DNA of 64,000 nt from Chiloscyllium plagiosum (taxonomy: Eukaryota): positions 58,544,079-58,608,078 of the forward strand of contig NC_057719.1 in assembly GCF_004010195.1 (NCBI RefSeq), written 5' to 3'. Below the pieces are notes generated by a model. The model had not been told where the DNA came from. It was given only the letters and a program-made list of their open reading frames with translations, and did not search any database. The first letter of the stretch is position 1, and each line of letters starts with the position of its first letter. Both the position numbers and the translations under genes were made by a program. Of the stretch, positions 1 through 12,000 are shown piece by piece.

Positions 1-39
1 GGCCCCTTTAAACAAAAATATACTAGCTTTGGATGTAGG

Positions 40-510
40 TTCACATGGATGATTACAGGTTTGGAGAGACTGTCTTATGAGGAGAAGTTGGGTAGGTTAG
101 GCTTATACTCATTCGAATATAGATGAATGAGGGGTGACCTTCTTGAAACATTGATGATTCTTTGGAGACTTGACAGGGGAGATGTGGAAAAGGTGTGGAA
201 GAATCAAGGACCAAAAAACATAATTTCAGAATAAGGAGTTGTGCATTTAAGGCGGGTATAAGGAGAAATGTCTTCTCTCAAGGGTAGTGAATCTAATGAA
301 TACTTTACTGCAGATGCTGTCAAGGTTAATTCAGTAAGTATACTCAAGGCTGAGGCATACATGTTTTTAATCAGTGTGGTAATCAAGTGTTTTGGGGAAA
401 AAGCAGGAAATGAGTTAAGGATTGTCAGGTCAGCCATGATCTCATTGAATAGTGGAGCAGACTCGATGGGCTAAATAGTGTCCTTTTTCTCTTGTGTCTC
501 ATGGCCTTGT
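40..510 (+). mobile_element. CR1 LINE 3' end fragment
   Basis: Decayed CR1 ORF2 C-terminus (YEEKLGRLGLYS...RGDL) followed by a typical shark CR1 3' UTR (cagccatgatctcattgaatagtggagcagactcgatgggc). Confidence 0.8.
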
Positions 511-1999
511 ATTTTATTGTCAGTATTGGAGTTGTGAACATTTTCATTCTTTTATACGTGGAATACATTTTTAAAAAATTAAATGTTAACTACCGTGTGA
601 AATTAAATGGTTCAGATCACTTGGTATTGCTTCTGATTTAAGTACCTTATTGTTCAATTGTATGTAAATGTGAAGTTAGTGTAAGGGGAAGTACCTGCAA
701 TGTAATTTGGTTATTCTTTAAAAACATGCTTGTGTTTTAAGTATAATTTCCCCACCCCTAAAGCAAACAAGTGACTCCACAGCTCCTACAGTAGCATTTA
801 CAGATCTGGGAAGAGAAACTGGATCACACTCAAGAGGATTGGCATGGATACTCATGTGAAGTATTGTATTCTAATTCTCCATGCTATTTGAGATCATTTG
901 CAATTCCCATTCAAACCAGGCTCTATTTCAGTTAACAAAACAAAGCTTGAAATGTCGTTTCACAATCAGCAAATGATGCATTAAAATATCATTTTACAAC
1001 CATGCTCATAATGCAACCATTGGTTACAAGGGTAAGCAACTAGCATGAAACAAAGTTTCCAAAACTGTAATAGGACAACTAATCAAGGACTCAGTTGAGC
1101 TTTAAACTATTTTATAAAATCTGTTTCTGAAGTACGTGTCATCTGTTTTCTTAATTTTGTGTTGGCAAATAAATTTACACAGATTTAAATAATTCAGCAG
1201 TGCATTGCTGCACATGACTATTACTGTACATTTGCAATTAGGCATTATGTTACTAATGTAATTTCAACAATTCTTAGTGTTTTCATTCAATTTTTTTTCC
1301 AACTACTAGATCTGACACCAACTGTCAGTAAATCTCTTATCTGTTCATATTAATCACATGAAATGATTAATGATCACCAACAATATTTGAACATCTGAAA
1401 ACTCTAGAGGGAAATAGAAGGATATTGAGAAAGGATATCATATTGATAGAACATATTTTACATCCTCAAAATGCTGCAAAGTGGTCTCAGTGAATTAATA
1501 ATTTTTGAATTAGGATTATTGTTGTTATGTGACCAAATATGGTGGCCAATTTGTGCACTGCAAGCGACCATAAATTCAGGCCAACAGAAGACTTGGCCTC
1601 TTGTGGTTTAGGCATGCATCTGATGTCTTTGAATCTAATTTTATCATAAAATGTTTACCAAAGTTGCTCACTTGGAACTCTAGTGCTAAGTATTTAAAGA
1701 TTCATGTCTTAAGGCATGTGAGGCTAGACTTTATCAGCCAGTGCCAAGATAAGAGTTGGTGGGCCCATTGTTGTGCCACCACTATGAGATCCTGCCATTT
1801 GCAGACAGTCTGATTGCCTGCAGGGCAATTTTCACTGCCATTTTACCAGTCACAGGGCATTTTCTGTATTGGAAGGCCACTAGGTAAACCTAGGCAGGCT
1901 GTTTGATGGCCATTGTAATGATGCTAGTTACCTTGAGCAAGCTACCTTTCCACACAGCCACTAGTCTGTTCACCCAGATAACATAGCTGACTTTGAGGA

Positions 2000-2087
2000 C
2001 TGAGAGTGTGGTGCTGGAAAATCACATCAGGTTAGGCAGTATCCAAGGAGAATCGATGTTTCGGGCAAAAACCCTTCATCAGGAATC
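2000..2087 (-). mobile_element. Penelope-type terminal repeat fragment with hammerhead-like motif
   Basis: Reverse complement reads CTGATGAAGGGT-TTTT-GCCCGAAAC followed by the ...tttccagcaccacactctc tail shared with other copies in the window. Confidence 0.7.
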
Positions 2088-2326
2088 CTTTGAATTTGAG
2101 GACCGACAGTCTTCAATGTACTCTTAAGTGGCAAGTTCTCTGATTGACTAGCAGCTCCTGAGGTGTGGACATTCAACCTTAATAAGAATAACAGCCACCT
2201 ATTTGGCTGCTGCTGTCATGATGTGGCCCAAGTCCCATTGACCACTGAAGCACATTTGCTCTCTCAGTTTCTAGCTGCCTTCATAAAATCTAGCTTCTTT
2301 ATTGATTGACTTTGTGCTTTTTACAG

Positions 2327-2456
2327 TGCTTGTTGAAGAAATCTATCATGCACAAAAGGAACGGGATGCAGCAGTTATGGCTCGACTTAGACTTGCCAAT
2401 GAAGAAAGAGATGAAGCCCTCATCCGAGCTAAATGGCTAGAACAGACCTTTGAAGG
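2327..2456 (+). CDS. MIPOL1: MIPOL1 internal coding exon (LVEEIYHAQKERDAAVMARLRLANEERDEALIRAKWLEQTFE)
   Basis: Polypyrimidine tract plus ttacag acceptor ending 2326 and gtatgt donor at 2457. The translation closely resembles the vertebrate MIPOL1 coiled-coil segment as I recall it (LVEEVYFAQKERDEAVMSRLQLAIEERDEA). Phase is compatible with the next exon. Confidence 0.92.
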
Positions 2457-2663
2457 GTATGTACACTGAATTTAAAAATATATTTTTCACAAGTTTTTCC
2501 GAATCAAAGTAGAAAATATTTAAATAAACCCCATGAAGTGCTTCCCAATTAATTATCACTCTCTTTTAAGGAAGATATGAACAAGGAGCAGAGATATGCT
2601 ATTCACCCCCTTGGGCCTGCTCCACCATTTTACAAATTAATCTCAAATTCACATTACTGTCTG

Positions 2664-2899
2664 TGCAGTGATAATAATGAGGTCAGCCAGGTGGTCCTTG
2701 TAGAATATGAGTTCCCTGATTGGGGCTGTGAGCCAGATCCAATCAGAGGGACTCAGCTGACAGATATAAACAAGAATGTCATGGATTCTGGTCACTCTAG
2801 GAGCCAGCTCTGTGCTAGCTGCATCAGTGTCATGTACTATGCATGTATAAATACAGGATGACTCAGTGACGAGATACTGGCCTTCATGGAGTTATTTCA
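2664..2899 (+). repeat. Gypsy 5' LTR
   Basis: Homologous to the LTRs at 8561, 29151-29383 and 56142-56357 (gaggtcagccaggtgg...ctgacagatataa...gttatttca). Confidence 0.85.
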
Positions 2900-4057
2900 G
2901 TGGCAATGAAAGAAAAACACACCCCTGTAGAGATTTATCGCAACAGTTGTCTTTGAGTTGGGGTAAGCATTTCTGGCATCATGCCACGTTGGGAATCTTG
3001 ACTTGTTCAGTCCTGCCATCGAAGACTGGGCCCAGTACTTAAAAAGAACGTGTTATTTTTTTCCGGGTAAATGAGATTGAGGCAGATGAAAAGCAACGAG
3101 TAATTTTGACTGCTTGTGGACCTACAGTTTTTTTTGGTTATTAGGAACCTAACTTTTCCTGAGGCACCAGATACTAAAACCTTTCAAGAGTTGATCGATT
3201 TAGCTGAGGAATATTACAACTCCAAGGCTCCTCTATTTCTGAGAAGCTATCAGTTACACCTGGCAGTTTGAGAACCAGGGGAATATTTTGATGAGGTTAA
3301 CATGACTAGCAGATTTTGGTTTAACAAGACCTTTTGGTACATGGGATTAATGATGTGATTATACAAAGACTCCGACTAGCTGAAGCCCAGATGAACTCCA
3401 AACAGGCACTACTGTTGACTTTGTCATTAGAAAATACAGCAAGTGGAGCTTATGAATTATAGGGTATGCCAATGGAAGTGGAAATCCTCGCCAGGCCAGG
3501 GAGCTCGGAGAACACCACTTGAGTGAAGGCAGTTGCACAGTCTCATTCAGAGCGTATCCTCAACAGAGGAACTCTAGGTCTAAGTCAGCCTATAGCAAAG
3601 CTCAAAAACAAAGCCAAGCATTTGCTAAATGATTAGAATTTTCTCAAGATCTGGGCCAGCAGGCTCTTGAAGTTGCTGCCAATATGCAGACTTAAGATAG
3701 CAAAAGCATGCCCCTTGGGCTGAATTGAGTAAGAGAACTCATAGGCAAGTGTCCCGGAGAGTGCACACCCTGGAAAGTCCACCTACTGCTGGTTTGGAGC
3801 AGATAAATTGCTTAGCAACATCAAAATCAAAAACAATCAAAATAAACATTTGGTTAAATGGTCAGCCAGTTCTAATGGAGGTCGATACAGGTGCAGCTAT
3901 GTCAGTGATTGCGGAACTAATCTTTACCAAAATTCACTGTGCACTCCAACCCTTAAATTTGCTCAAGACCTTGGTCACGCTGAGAATCTATACTGGGGAA
4001 CCCCTAAAGATTAAGGGTACAACTTTGGTTCCGGTCTTTTATGAGAAGAACCACTGA

Positions 4058-4205
4058 CATGATGGCTCAGTGGTTGACACTGCTGCCTCACAGTACCAGG
4101 AACATGGGTTTGCTTCTACCCTCAGGCGAATATTTGTGTGAAGTTTGCACATTTTTCCAGTGTCTGTGTGGGTTTCACTTTGGTGCTTATATATTAAAGT
4201 AGGTG
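4058..4205 (+). mobile_element. Truncated HE1-like tRNA-derived V-SINE inside Gypsy pol
   Basis: tggctcagtggttgacactgctgcctcacag head and tttgcacatttttccagtgtctgtgtgggtttc V-domain core. Confidence 0.8.
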
Positions 4206-5781
4206 AATGCCTTATGAGGGGCAAACGTGTGTTCCAAGCACACCAAGTGATCTTCTTGGGCTACAGAGTTGCCAAAACCTGGTTAAACCTGTTGGAAGAT
4301 AAATTGAGAAAGATCAAAGGCTCCCACTTCTGTGCTGGAGCTTAGGTCTTTCCTTGAGTTGGTGAATTATTGTGGAAAATTCACTTGTACCCTGGCACCC
4401 TTACATCTGCTATTGAAAAGGGGTCAACCTTGAAAATGAGCATGTAGCCAGGATGTAGTCTTTAGGGAATTGAAGAAGCAGTTATCATTGTCACAGGTAT
4501 TGGCAGACAACGATCCCAAGTGAGACGTGGTGCTGACATGTGATACCTCTCTATACAGTATCGGAGTAATAGTGGCCCAACGGTGGCCCAGTGGAGAGGG
4601 TTGCCCAATAGCATATGCCCTGGTGGATGCTCAATGAAAATACACGCAGATAGGTTTGGCAATCACTTCTGATATGAGAAACTTCCACCAATACCTTCAT
4701 GGACATAAATTTGTAATAGTAACTGACTACAATCCCTTGCCAGGGCTACTCAAAGAGGGCAAGGCCATGTCACCCATTGCTTCAATTTGGATTTAGTGGT
4801 GGGCTCTTATTCTGAGTGTGCAAAATTACAAGTAAGAATTATGTCCAGGAGGCCAACTTTCATATGCGTTTGCTTTGATCCTCCTCCCACTGGCAGATAT
4901 ACCATTGATGCCACCGCCACCAGAATAGTCCATTCTGGTTTTAAACTTTCTGAACACCCTTGCAGTCAACACTGCCAATATCAGACCGTGGACACAAAAA
5001 GATCCTGTCCTGGCAAAACTAAAACAGCTGGTGGCGATGGTGGAAACGAAAGGATCATCACGACCAGAATTAAATCCTTTCTGGACCTGGCGGGTAAACC
5101 CTGGACTCAGTTACATGTCAACTATGCCGGTCCTTACATGGACCCTCTGTTTTTAGTCATTGTGGATGCCCATTCAAAATAGTTGAAAGTGCGTAGAGTT
5201 CATGTGAGGATGTGGACATCTGGGAGGTAGGACAAAATGGCTGAAGGAGCTGCACAAAATGGCTTCTGCTTGGCTAACTTGGTATGTATTGAGTTAGGCA
5301 TATACTTGTGACTCAGAACAAACAAGAAACCGCAGACTGATGCAGGTCCGGTAGAATATTGTAAATGCAGAAGTAACGGTTTAACCCTAACTGCAAGGCA
5401 GGACAAATAAGATTCTAAGAGTAGGTTGTTGACAAGAAATCATGATAGGCTAAGGCAAAAGTGCACATGGACCTCAGGGAATCTGATTGTTACTATGCAA
5501 TCATGCTCCATGTCTGACTATGAACGATGGAGCATAGTCATTGTTCCAATGACATTGTTCCATAGTCATGGAACCCACCGTGACTATGCAAACTCTGTAA
5601 ATCGTCAGATTCTTTTGGTGGTGTAGGAGTGCTCATTATTCTGGGCTGATATGGCTACCGACCTGGCCCTATCAAAGAATAAACGATTGCCTGTGTGATT
5701 GACAAAGAGTCATTTCCAGGTGTAGTTATTGATCAATCCCACTAAACCCGAAGACCCAGACAGCAATCTAGTTCATCATTT

Positions 5782-5799
5782 TGGTGCCATGACTCAGAT
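5782..5799 (+). promoter_or_regulatory. Primer binding site complementary to tRNA-His
   Basis: 16/18 match to TGGTGCCGTGACTCGGAT. Both mismatches are CpG-type decay (CG to CA). Lies 3 nt after the 5' LTR. Confidence 0.88.
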
Positions 5800-5830
5800 T
5801 TCCACATAACATCTCCTGCCTATTTGAGAC

Positions 5831-7128
5831 TTGTCTCGCCATTTGTGTAAGACAAAAGGGCCTTATACCTTCTGTCCGTGTATCCAAACAGCTTGCATTC
5901 CTCTGGCTGGGGGGGCGGTGTGGGGGCAACAGGCCTTATGCGGCATAATTAACTATACCCATTTCCGGTACGGACCCGGAATGGAACTCTTCCCTTGCGC
6001 ATTTATAGGTATTTTCTCTTTTCAGAATCTGATACTGTGGCCAAGACCACATGCAATAGAGCTAAGGGAGAGCCTAATGGGAACAGAATTCTGAGGACCA
6101 TTGTCCACCATATAGTGCGAGCATTCAACAGACTCTTGGCCCATTTTTTACGGTGCTCAAGCAACGCCTCTTGCAAATTGTCCGCCCTTTACTCCTGTAG
6201 ACCTGACCAGAACCCCTGCTGTAACATTTCAGTAACCTATTTTAACAAACCTTCCCTCATATACACCAAACCAGGCTATTATTTCTTTAGCCAAGGTAAA
6301 GCTACTAATTTCCTTGTCCTTGATGACAGAGGTGTTCCCCATAAGGTCGCTATCGGAGCCCTTGTTCCCACAACAGTACCTTGTCCTGGCCAGTGGACAA
6401 GTTGATAGAATCTTCAACTGAGGAGGCCGCAGCGGTTGGTCTCAGCCGACTTTCGCTGCAATTGGAAGGATCCCAAGGCACTGGGTGACACTAGAGGACA
6501 CTCGATAGGCTGGGGAATCCTGAGTACCCTGAGTTTGGGAGGATCAGCAGGGGTGATAAGTCAAAAGAACCGCAATGACTTTACCTGCGGCTGACCATTC
6601 GAGGAAATAAGACTAAAGAGGCTTTGGAACAGATTAAACTGGGATTATCAGATCTGTGTCTTTATACAGAATCGGTACGCCTTAGACTATATACTAGCCA
6701 GGGAAAGCAGGGTCTATTCCATTGTCCAAGATAAATGCATCATTGGCATTTCCGATCACACTGGTAATAATACTAAGATACAAGACGAGATCCAGGTGTC
6801 CCTTGATGGAATGACTGAAGGGACCAATTGGGGAAACCGGGGATAGGGCTCTTGGTACAATTGACTTATCAGTTTAGTTATGTATATTGGAATCATTCTC
6901 CTCTACCTGTTGGTCGGTATTGCTTTTGTTAAGTGTTTAATTGCTAAGCTTATGAACTCCCTTAGTGATATTGATTCGCCCCAGAAGATGCTCCTTTTGC
7001 AATCCGATGGCTCACCCGCATGTGTTGATAGTGATGATAAATGTGACCAGATGAGCTGCGTAGATGCTGGTGCCGCTCTAGAGACTGTTGATGGCTGGAA
7101 TGCCTTGAAGGGCATTCATTTGGATTAG
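5831..7128 (+). pseudogene. env: Retroviral env pseudogene (partial SU plus TM)
   Basis: SU C-terminal motif PGYYFFSQGKA...IGALVP; RRPQR cleavage-like site at 6421-6435; hydrophobic GWGILSTLSLGGSAGVI; ISD-like QNRYALDYILA at 6667; membrane anchor MYIGIILLYLLVGIAFV at 6880. Contains stops and two compensating frameshifts. Confidence 0.85.
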
Positions 7129-8646
7129 CCTTCCTTTTTAGTGATCGCAGTGCAATCAAAGGGGAGAATGAGGATGTGGGCATTTGGGAGGTAGGACAAA
7201 ACAGCTGAAGGAGCCGCACAAAATGGCTTCTGCTTGGCTAACTTGGTCTGTACTAAGTCAGACAGAAACTTGTGACTCAGGACAAACAAGAAACCGCAGA
7301 CTGATGTCGAATATTGTAAATGCAGATGTAACGGTTTAACTGCAAGGCAGGACAAATATGATTCTCAGAACAGGTTGTTGACAAAAAAGCGTGATAGGCT
7401 AAGGCAAAAGTACACGCAGACTTCAGGGAATCTGATTGATTGTTACTATGTGATCATGCTCCATGTCTGACTATGAACAATGCACATAAACCCTATGCAA
7501 ACTCTGTAAGTCGTCAAATTCTTTTGGTGGTGTAGGAGTATTCATTATTCTGGGCTGAGCAGAGTCTACCGACCTGGCCGTATCAAAGAATAAATGATTG
7601 CTTGAGTAATTGACACAGAGTCATTTCCAGGTATATTTATTGACCGACTCCACGAACCTGAAGACCCAGACAGCAATCTAGATCATCACATTCACCAAAT
7701 ACAGGGACGATGATTGACAAGTTGCAAGCATCTTTTACAGTACACAGATTCCCACAGATGTTAGTCACAGACAATGGGCCATCATTTACCAGCAGGGAAT
7801 TTGAGTATTTCCTAAAGTCGAGTGGTGTTCGGCATGCAAGGATAGCTTCGTACCATTCAATGTTCAGTGATCTGGTGGAATGAGCAGTCCAAACTTTGAA
7901 TGCAGGCTTAAAGAAACAGCATACAGCTTCACTGGACACCAAATTGTCCCAGTGCCTGTTTGATTGTAAGACTGACCCTTACAGGACTACAGGCTCTGTT
8001 CCAGCAGAGTTGCTAATGGGGATCAGGTTAAACCTGATCTTCCCAGACTTGGGGAGGGTGGGGGAGTGGTGATACAACATTAGGAATGCTAATGCCAGAC
8101 ACAAGACTCCTCTAAACTAGAGAGGCAGTTTACTACAGGGATGAGGTTTTGTGAGAAAAGGACTGGAATGGGCCTGCATGGGTAAGAGGCATGGTCAACA
8201 TGAGGTCAGGTCCCATGATGTACAAAGTTTGGGTAGGAGAAGAGGTTCTGGACAAGCATGTCGTCCACATGAAAGCTGAAACCTCATGAATAGGGCAGGA
8301 GCAAAGCATATACAGCCTGTCCGACCATGTGGCAAGGCTGTCAGAACCTGTGGGTTCTCCTCCTCTACCTAGTGTTAAAGAAACCTCTGAGGACGAGACG
8401 GGCATGGCAGATGTTGCAGTCTCAATGGCATTACCACGAGATGAAAATGATGAATTTCTGCCGAGACGCTCCAAAAGCAATGGACCGGCTACAGTCTGGT
8501 AAGTGTTGCCAGAGTCTGAGGCAAAGTCGGAAGAACCAGACCTCCCTGGACTTGGAGGGATGTAGTGACTGTAACGAAGTCTGCCTCGTTATCCTGGGAT
8601 TGTTATTCTGGTCCAATCAAGGAGCCTTGGCTGACAGAGATAAACA

Positions 8647-9435
8647 GTTGTATCCCCATTGGAGGGCTCTCTACGCGGGAGTCCTCCCCCTTTCTCTCGG
8701 GAATCTGGGGTGGAGGATGCTGCACGCAGCAGTCCCCTGCAACCGCAGATTGCGGTGGTTCACGGACACCCAGCCCAACTGCTTGTTCTGTGGCGCCGTG
8801 GAGTCCGTGCCCCACGTGTATATTGGGTGTGGGCATTTGCACTCCCTTTTTGATTTTCTTAAAAACCTCCTTCTCTGCTTTTGGTTGCACTTCAGTCCCA
8901 CACTCCTGATCTTCGGGAACCCGGTACGGAGGAGGGAGGGCAGGTCTGAAGACCTCCTCGTGGGTCTGCTCCTGGGCCTGGCCAAACTGGCCATCAACAG
9001 GTCCAGGCAGCGGGCTGTGGAGGGGGTCTTTAGGGCCGACTGCCTGCCCCTCTTCCGCGGTTACGTTAGAGCCCAGGTGTCCTTGGAGAAGGAGCACGCG
9101 GTGTCCACCAACACCCTGGAGTTGTTCAGGAAGAGGTGGGCGCCGCAGGGAGTGGAGTGCATTATTTCCCCATCCAACTCTATTTTGATTTAGTCCCTGC
9201 CCTCCCCTTCACTGTTTGATCACACAGCATTGCCCTTTTTTGTGAAGGGCACTGCTTGTCACTGGCCACTTGGGTGTTTTCCTATCTTCCTGGTGGTGGA
9301 AATTGAATAAAGATTCGTGCACTTTGTGTCTCTCACTGTGTCTCTCACACACACCATGGTGCTGGGGAAAAATAAGCACTACTGCAGTTAGGCGGTAGTG
9401 TGGGGGTTAAACAAAACAAAAGAAAAGAAAAAAAC
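8647..9435 (+). mobile_element. Tx1 (L1-clade) LINE 3' fragment, copy 1
   Basis: C-terminal zinc-binding region LGWRMLH...CLFCGAVESVPHVYIGC...LAKLAI, stop at 9193, 3' UTR with AATAAA and an A-rich tail. Confidence 0.85.
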
Positions 9436-9442
9436 AGCAATG

Positions 9443-9958
9443 TTAAGGGCACAGCTTGTCACTGGCCACTCTAAAGAAAAAAAAAGAAAAACAAATAAAC
9501 AGTTGCATCCCCAGTGGAGAGATCTCTACGTGGGAGTCCTCCCCCTTTCTCTCGGGGATCTGGGGTAGAGGGTGCTGCACGCAGCAATCCCCTGCAATCA
9601 CAGATTGCAGTCGTTCACGGACTCCCAGCCCAACTGCTTGTTCTGTGGTGCTGTGGAGTCCGTGGACCATATATATATATTGGGTGTGGGCGTTTGCACT
9701 CCCTTTTTGATTTCCTAAGAAACCTCCTTCTCTGTTTTTGGTTGCACTTCAGTCCCACACTCCTGATCTTTGGGCACCTGGTACGGAGGAAGGAGGGCAG
9801 GTCTGAAGACCTCCTCGTGGGTCTGCTCCTGGGCCTGGCCAAACTGGCCATAAACAGGTCCAGGCAGCAGGCCGTGGAGGGGATCTTTAGGGCAGACTGC
9901 CTGCCCCTCTTCCGCGGTTACGTTAGAGCCCGGGTGTCTCTAGAGAAGGAGCATGCAG
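9443..9958 (+). mobile_element. Tx1 LINE 3' fragment, copy 2 (preceded by a 3' UTR piece and poly-A)
   Basis: High similarity to 8640-9097 from 9494 onward. Frameshifted and truncated at ...EKEHA. Confidence 0.85.
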
Positions 9959-10559
9959 AAAGCCATCACCTGAAATGCACATTCCACGGACTAGTGTGAA
10001 CACAGCTTGTTCGAGTTTCCACCACACAAACCAAAATTGGGACTTTATAACCAAGCAGTTGCCAAATCTTTTTACTGCATCTCAATCTCAGATTTCAATT
10101 TAATAATTAATATAGTGTTCATTGTCGCAGAATCCACTCAATTTTAGTTCCCCAAGTAGAGTAGTTCATGATGTTACACACCTTAGACAAGAGATTCCAC
10201 ATTGATTTGCAATGAATTTATTTACCTGTGCGATTTGAAGCTTTCTGGTTTCTCAGTTAGTTGAGCATTGCTTTATTGACAGGTTTAAAGCTATTCGGTC
10301 TTCATTGCAACCTCTCTACCTTTCCCTTATGCCTTCACAGCCTACTTCTCCCCCAGAGCTCTTGCCACCCCGTTTTCTGTGCACAACCTTCTTGCAGCCT
10401 CCTTTTTCCCCCACTCTTTTGCCAAGCACAACTATTTTGCAGCCTTTGTCTTTTCACAAAACACTCTTGCAAGGCTCTACTTATCCCCACAGCCATCTTG
10501 TCCCTTCTCTTCCCTTCTCTTCCTCTGCTCACCCATATTGCAGTTTAACTTTCTCAGGG

Positions 10560-11630
10560 ATCAATGCTCATTGTACGAACTTCTTTAAATATTTGTAATA
10601 TTTATATGAGTTATGGTGTATATATACCATCTGTGTTGTTACTTATGGTTTACTTTGCCTCATATTCGAATTTTCCCTCCTTAGTAAGCACAATGGTAGG
10701 TCTATCTTTTGTAATTTTTCTTAGTTGTTAAAATCTATTTATTCTTTATATTCTGAAAATCCCCTTAAATGTCTTCCACTGCATGTCTATTGACCTATCC
10801 TTTAACCTACTTTGCTAATTAATTTTAGCTAACTTTGTTTTTATGCCCTCATAATTCCCCTTATTTAGGTTTAATAACATAGTTTTGAGTCCATTCCTCC
10901 CTCCCTGAAACTGAATGTAAAATTCAATCTGCTACCTCAGAACCTCTTCATTGAGATCATTGATTTAACCTGACGTTACATAACAAATCTAGTATAGTCT
11001 GCTCTCTGTTTGAATCCAAAACATACCATTCTAAGGATATATCCCAAAAAGAACCTTGAAATTATTCCAGAAATTATCCCACTCCTTCAATGTTTCCTAA
11101 TTTCTTGTCCTTCCTAGATGCCTTTTACCCTTCAATATTCAGGTCCCAATCCATGTTATCCTGCAGCCATGCCTCTATAATGGCTGCAAGATTGTAATTA
11201 CTTATGTCTGTTGTGTTCTCAGTCCATCTTTTTTGTTTCACATGCTACCTGCATTTAGATTTTGGTTTTAACCTTTTAGCCTTCTTGTAACCTTTAGCCT
11301 TACATGTTAACTTACTCTTAAGGCTTATACTCTGTCTTTTCCTGTCAGAGTGTTCTTTTCATTTTCTGTATCAATACCTTTTTCTTTCTTGCTTCTCTGA
11401 TCTTTGATTTACTACATCTTCCTAAATTTGATCCCTTGCCTCCACTGTTCAGTTTAAAATCCTGTCTTCGTCTCTCATTATTTAGCTCACGAGAGCACCA
11501 TGCTTCAGATAGAAACAGTTCCAATGGTACAGATCCCACTTCCCACAGTGCTAGTGCCAATGCCCCACAAACTAAAACGAGTTTCTCCACAGCAGTCTTT
11601 GAGTGACATATTCATCTTTTCAATTCTCGT
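10560..11630 (-). mobile_element. Degraded CR1 endonuclease-region fragment
   Basis: The minus strand resembles CR1 ORF2 N-terminal sequence seen in better-preserved copies in this window. Heavily decayed. Confidence 0.55.
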
Positions 11631-12000
11631 CAGCCTCTCTTCACAAACCTTCATCTTGAGGCCTTCTTTCCCCCACACCTATCTGGACAACCCTCCCTCT
11701 TGTAGTCTCCTTCCTGTCACACATATCTCGGAGATTCTTCTTACCTTCATTCTCTTCTTACCATCACACCCATCTTGCAGTTTCCTTCTCCCATCACTCC
11801 CATCTTGCAGCCTCCTTCTCCCATCACTCCATCTCGCAGCCTCCTTTGCCCCCCCCAAACACTTTTCTTGCCACCTCTAGCCCCACAATAATCCTGCAGC
11901 CTCCTTCTCTGCTCTGTCCACCTTGCAACCACCTTCACCTCATTTCTTTCCACCATACTCCAATAATCTTTTGCAGCCTGCATTTCTGTTATCCCCTTTT
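11630..12000. repeat. Pyrimidine-rich degenerate minisatellite (unit about 30 bp, gcagcctccttctcccatcactccatctt)
   Basis: Near-tandem units at about 11760-11850 with degenerate units around them. Similar gcagcct-containing units occur at 10330-10520. Confidence 0.65.

Larger units (their letters stand above)
5205..7688 (+). mobile_element. Env-only endogenous retrovirus (LTR-PBS(His)-env remnant-PPT-LTR)
   Basis: Direct-repeat LTRs 5205-5778 and 7169-7688 (TGAGG...CATCA, each with AATAAA). PBS tggtgccatgactcagat at 5782-5799. PPT aaaggggagaa at 7158-7168. Flanks CATG/CATT (4-bp TSD, one mismatch). Interrupts the Gypsy integrase. Confidence 0.9.
2664..8646 (+). mobile_element. Decayed Gypsy (Mag-like) LTR retrotransposon with nested insertions
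   Basis: 5' LTR 2664-2899 ends ...gttatttCA. Gag start near 2981 (F..AIEDWAQYLKR..FF..N). Protease MEVDTGAAMSVI in ORF 3725-4057. RT/RNaseH remnants 4205-4830 (FHQYLHGHKFVIVTDY). Integrase PWTQLHVNYAGP...IVDAHSK at 5090-5200 resumes at 7693 (VTDNGPSFTS). Purine-rich stretch then 3' LTR from 8561, truncated near 8646. Many stops and frameshifts. Confidence 0.88.

Noticed and set aside
8327..9193. Longest ORF (288 aa) as a novel gene
   Set aside because: It is a chance read-through from Gypsy 3' sequence and LTR into a Tx1 ORF2 C-terminal fragment, with no independent gene evidence.
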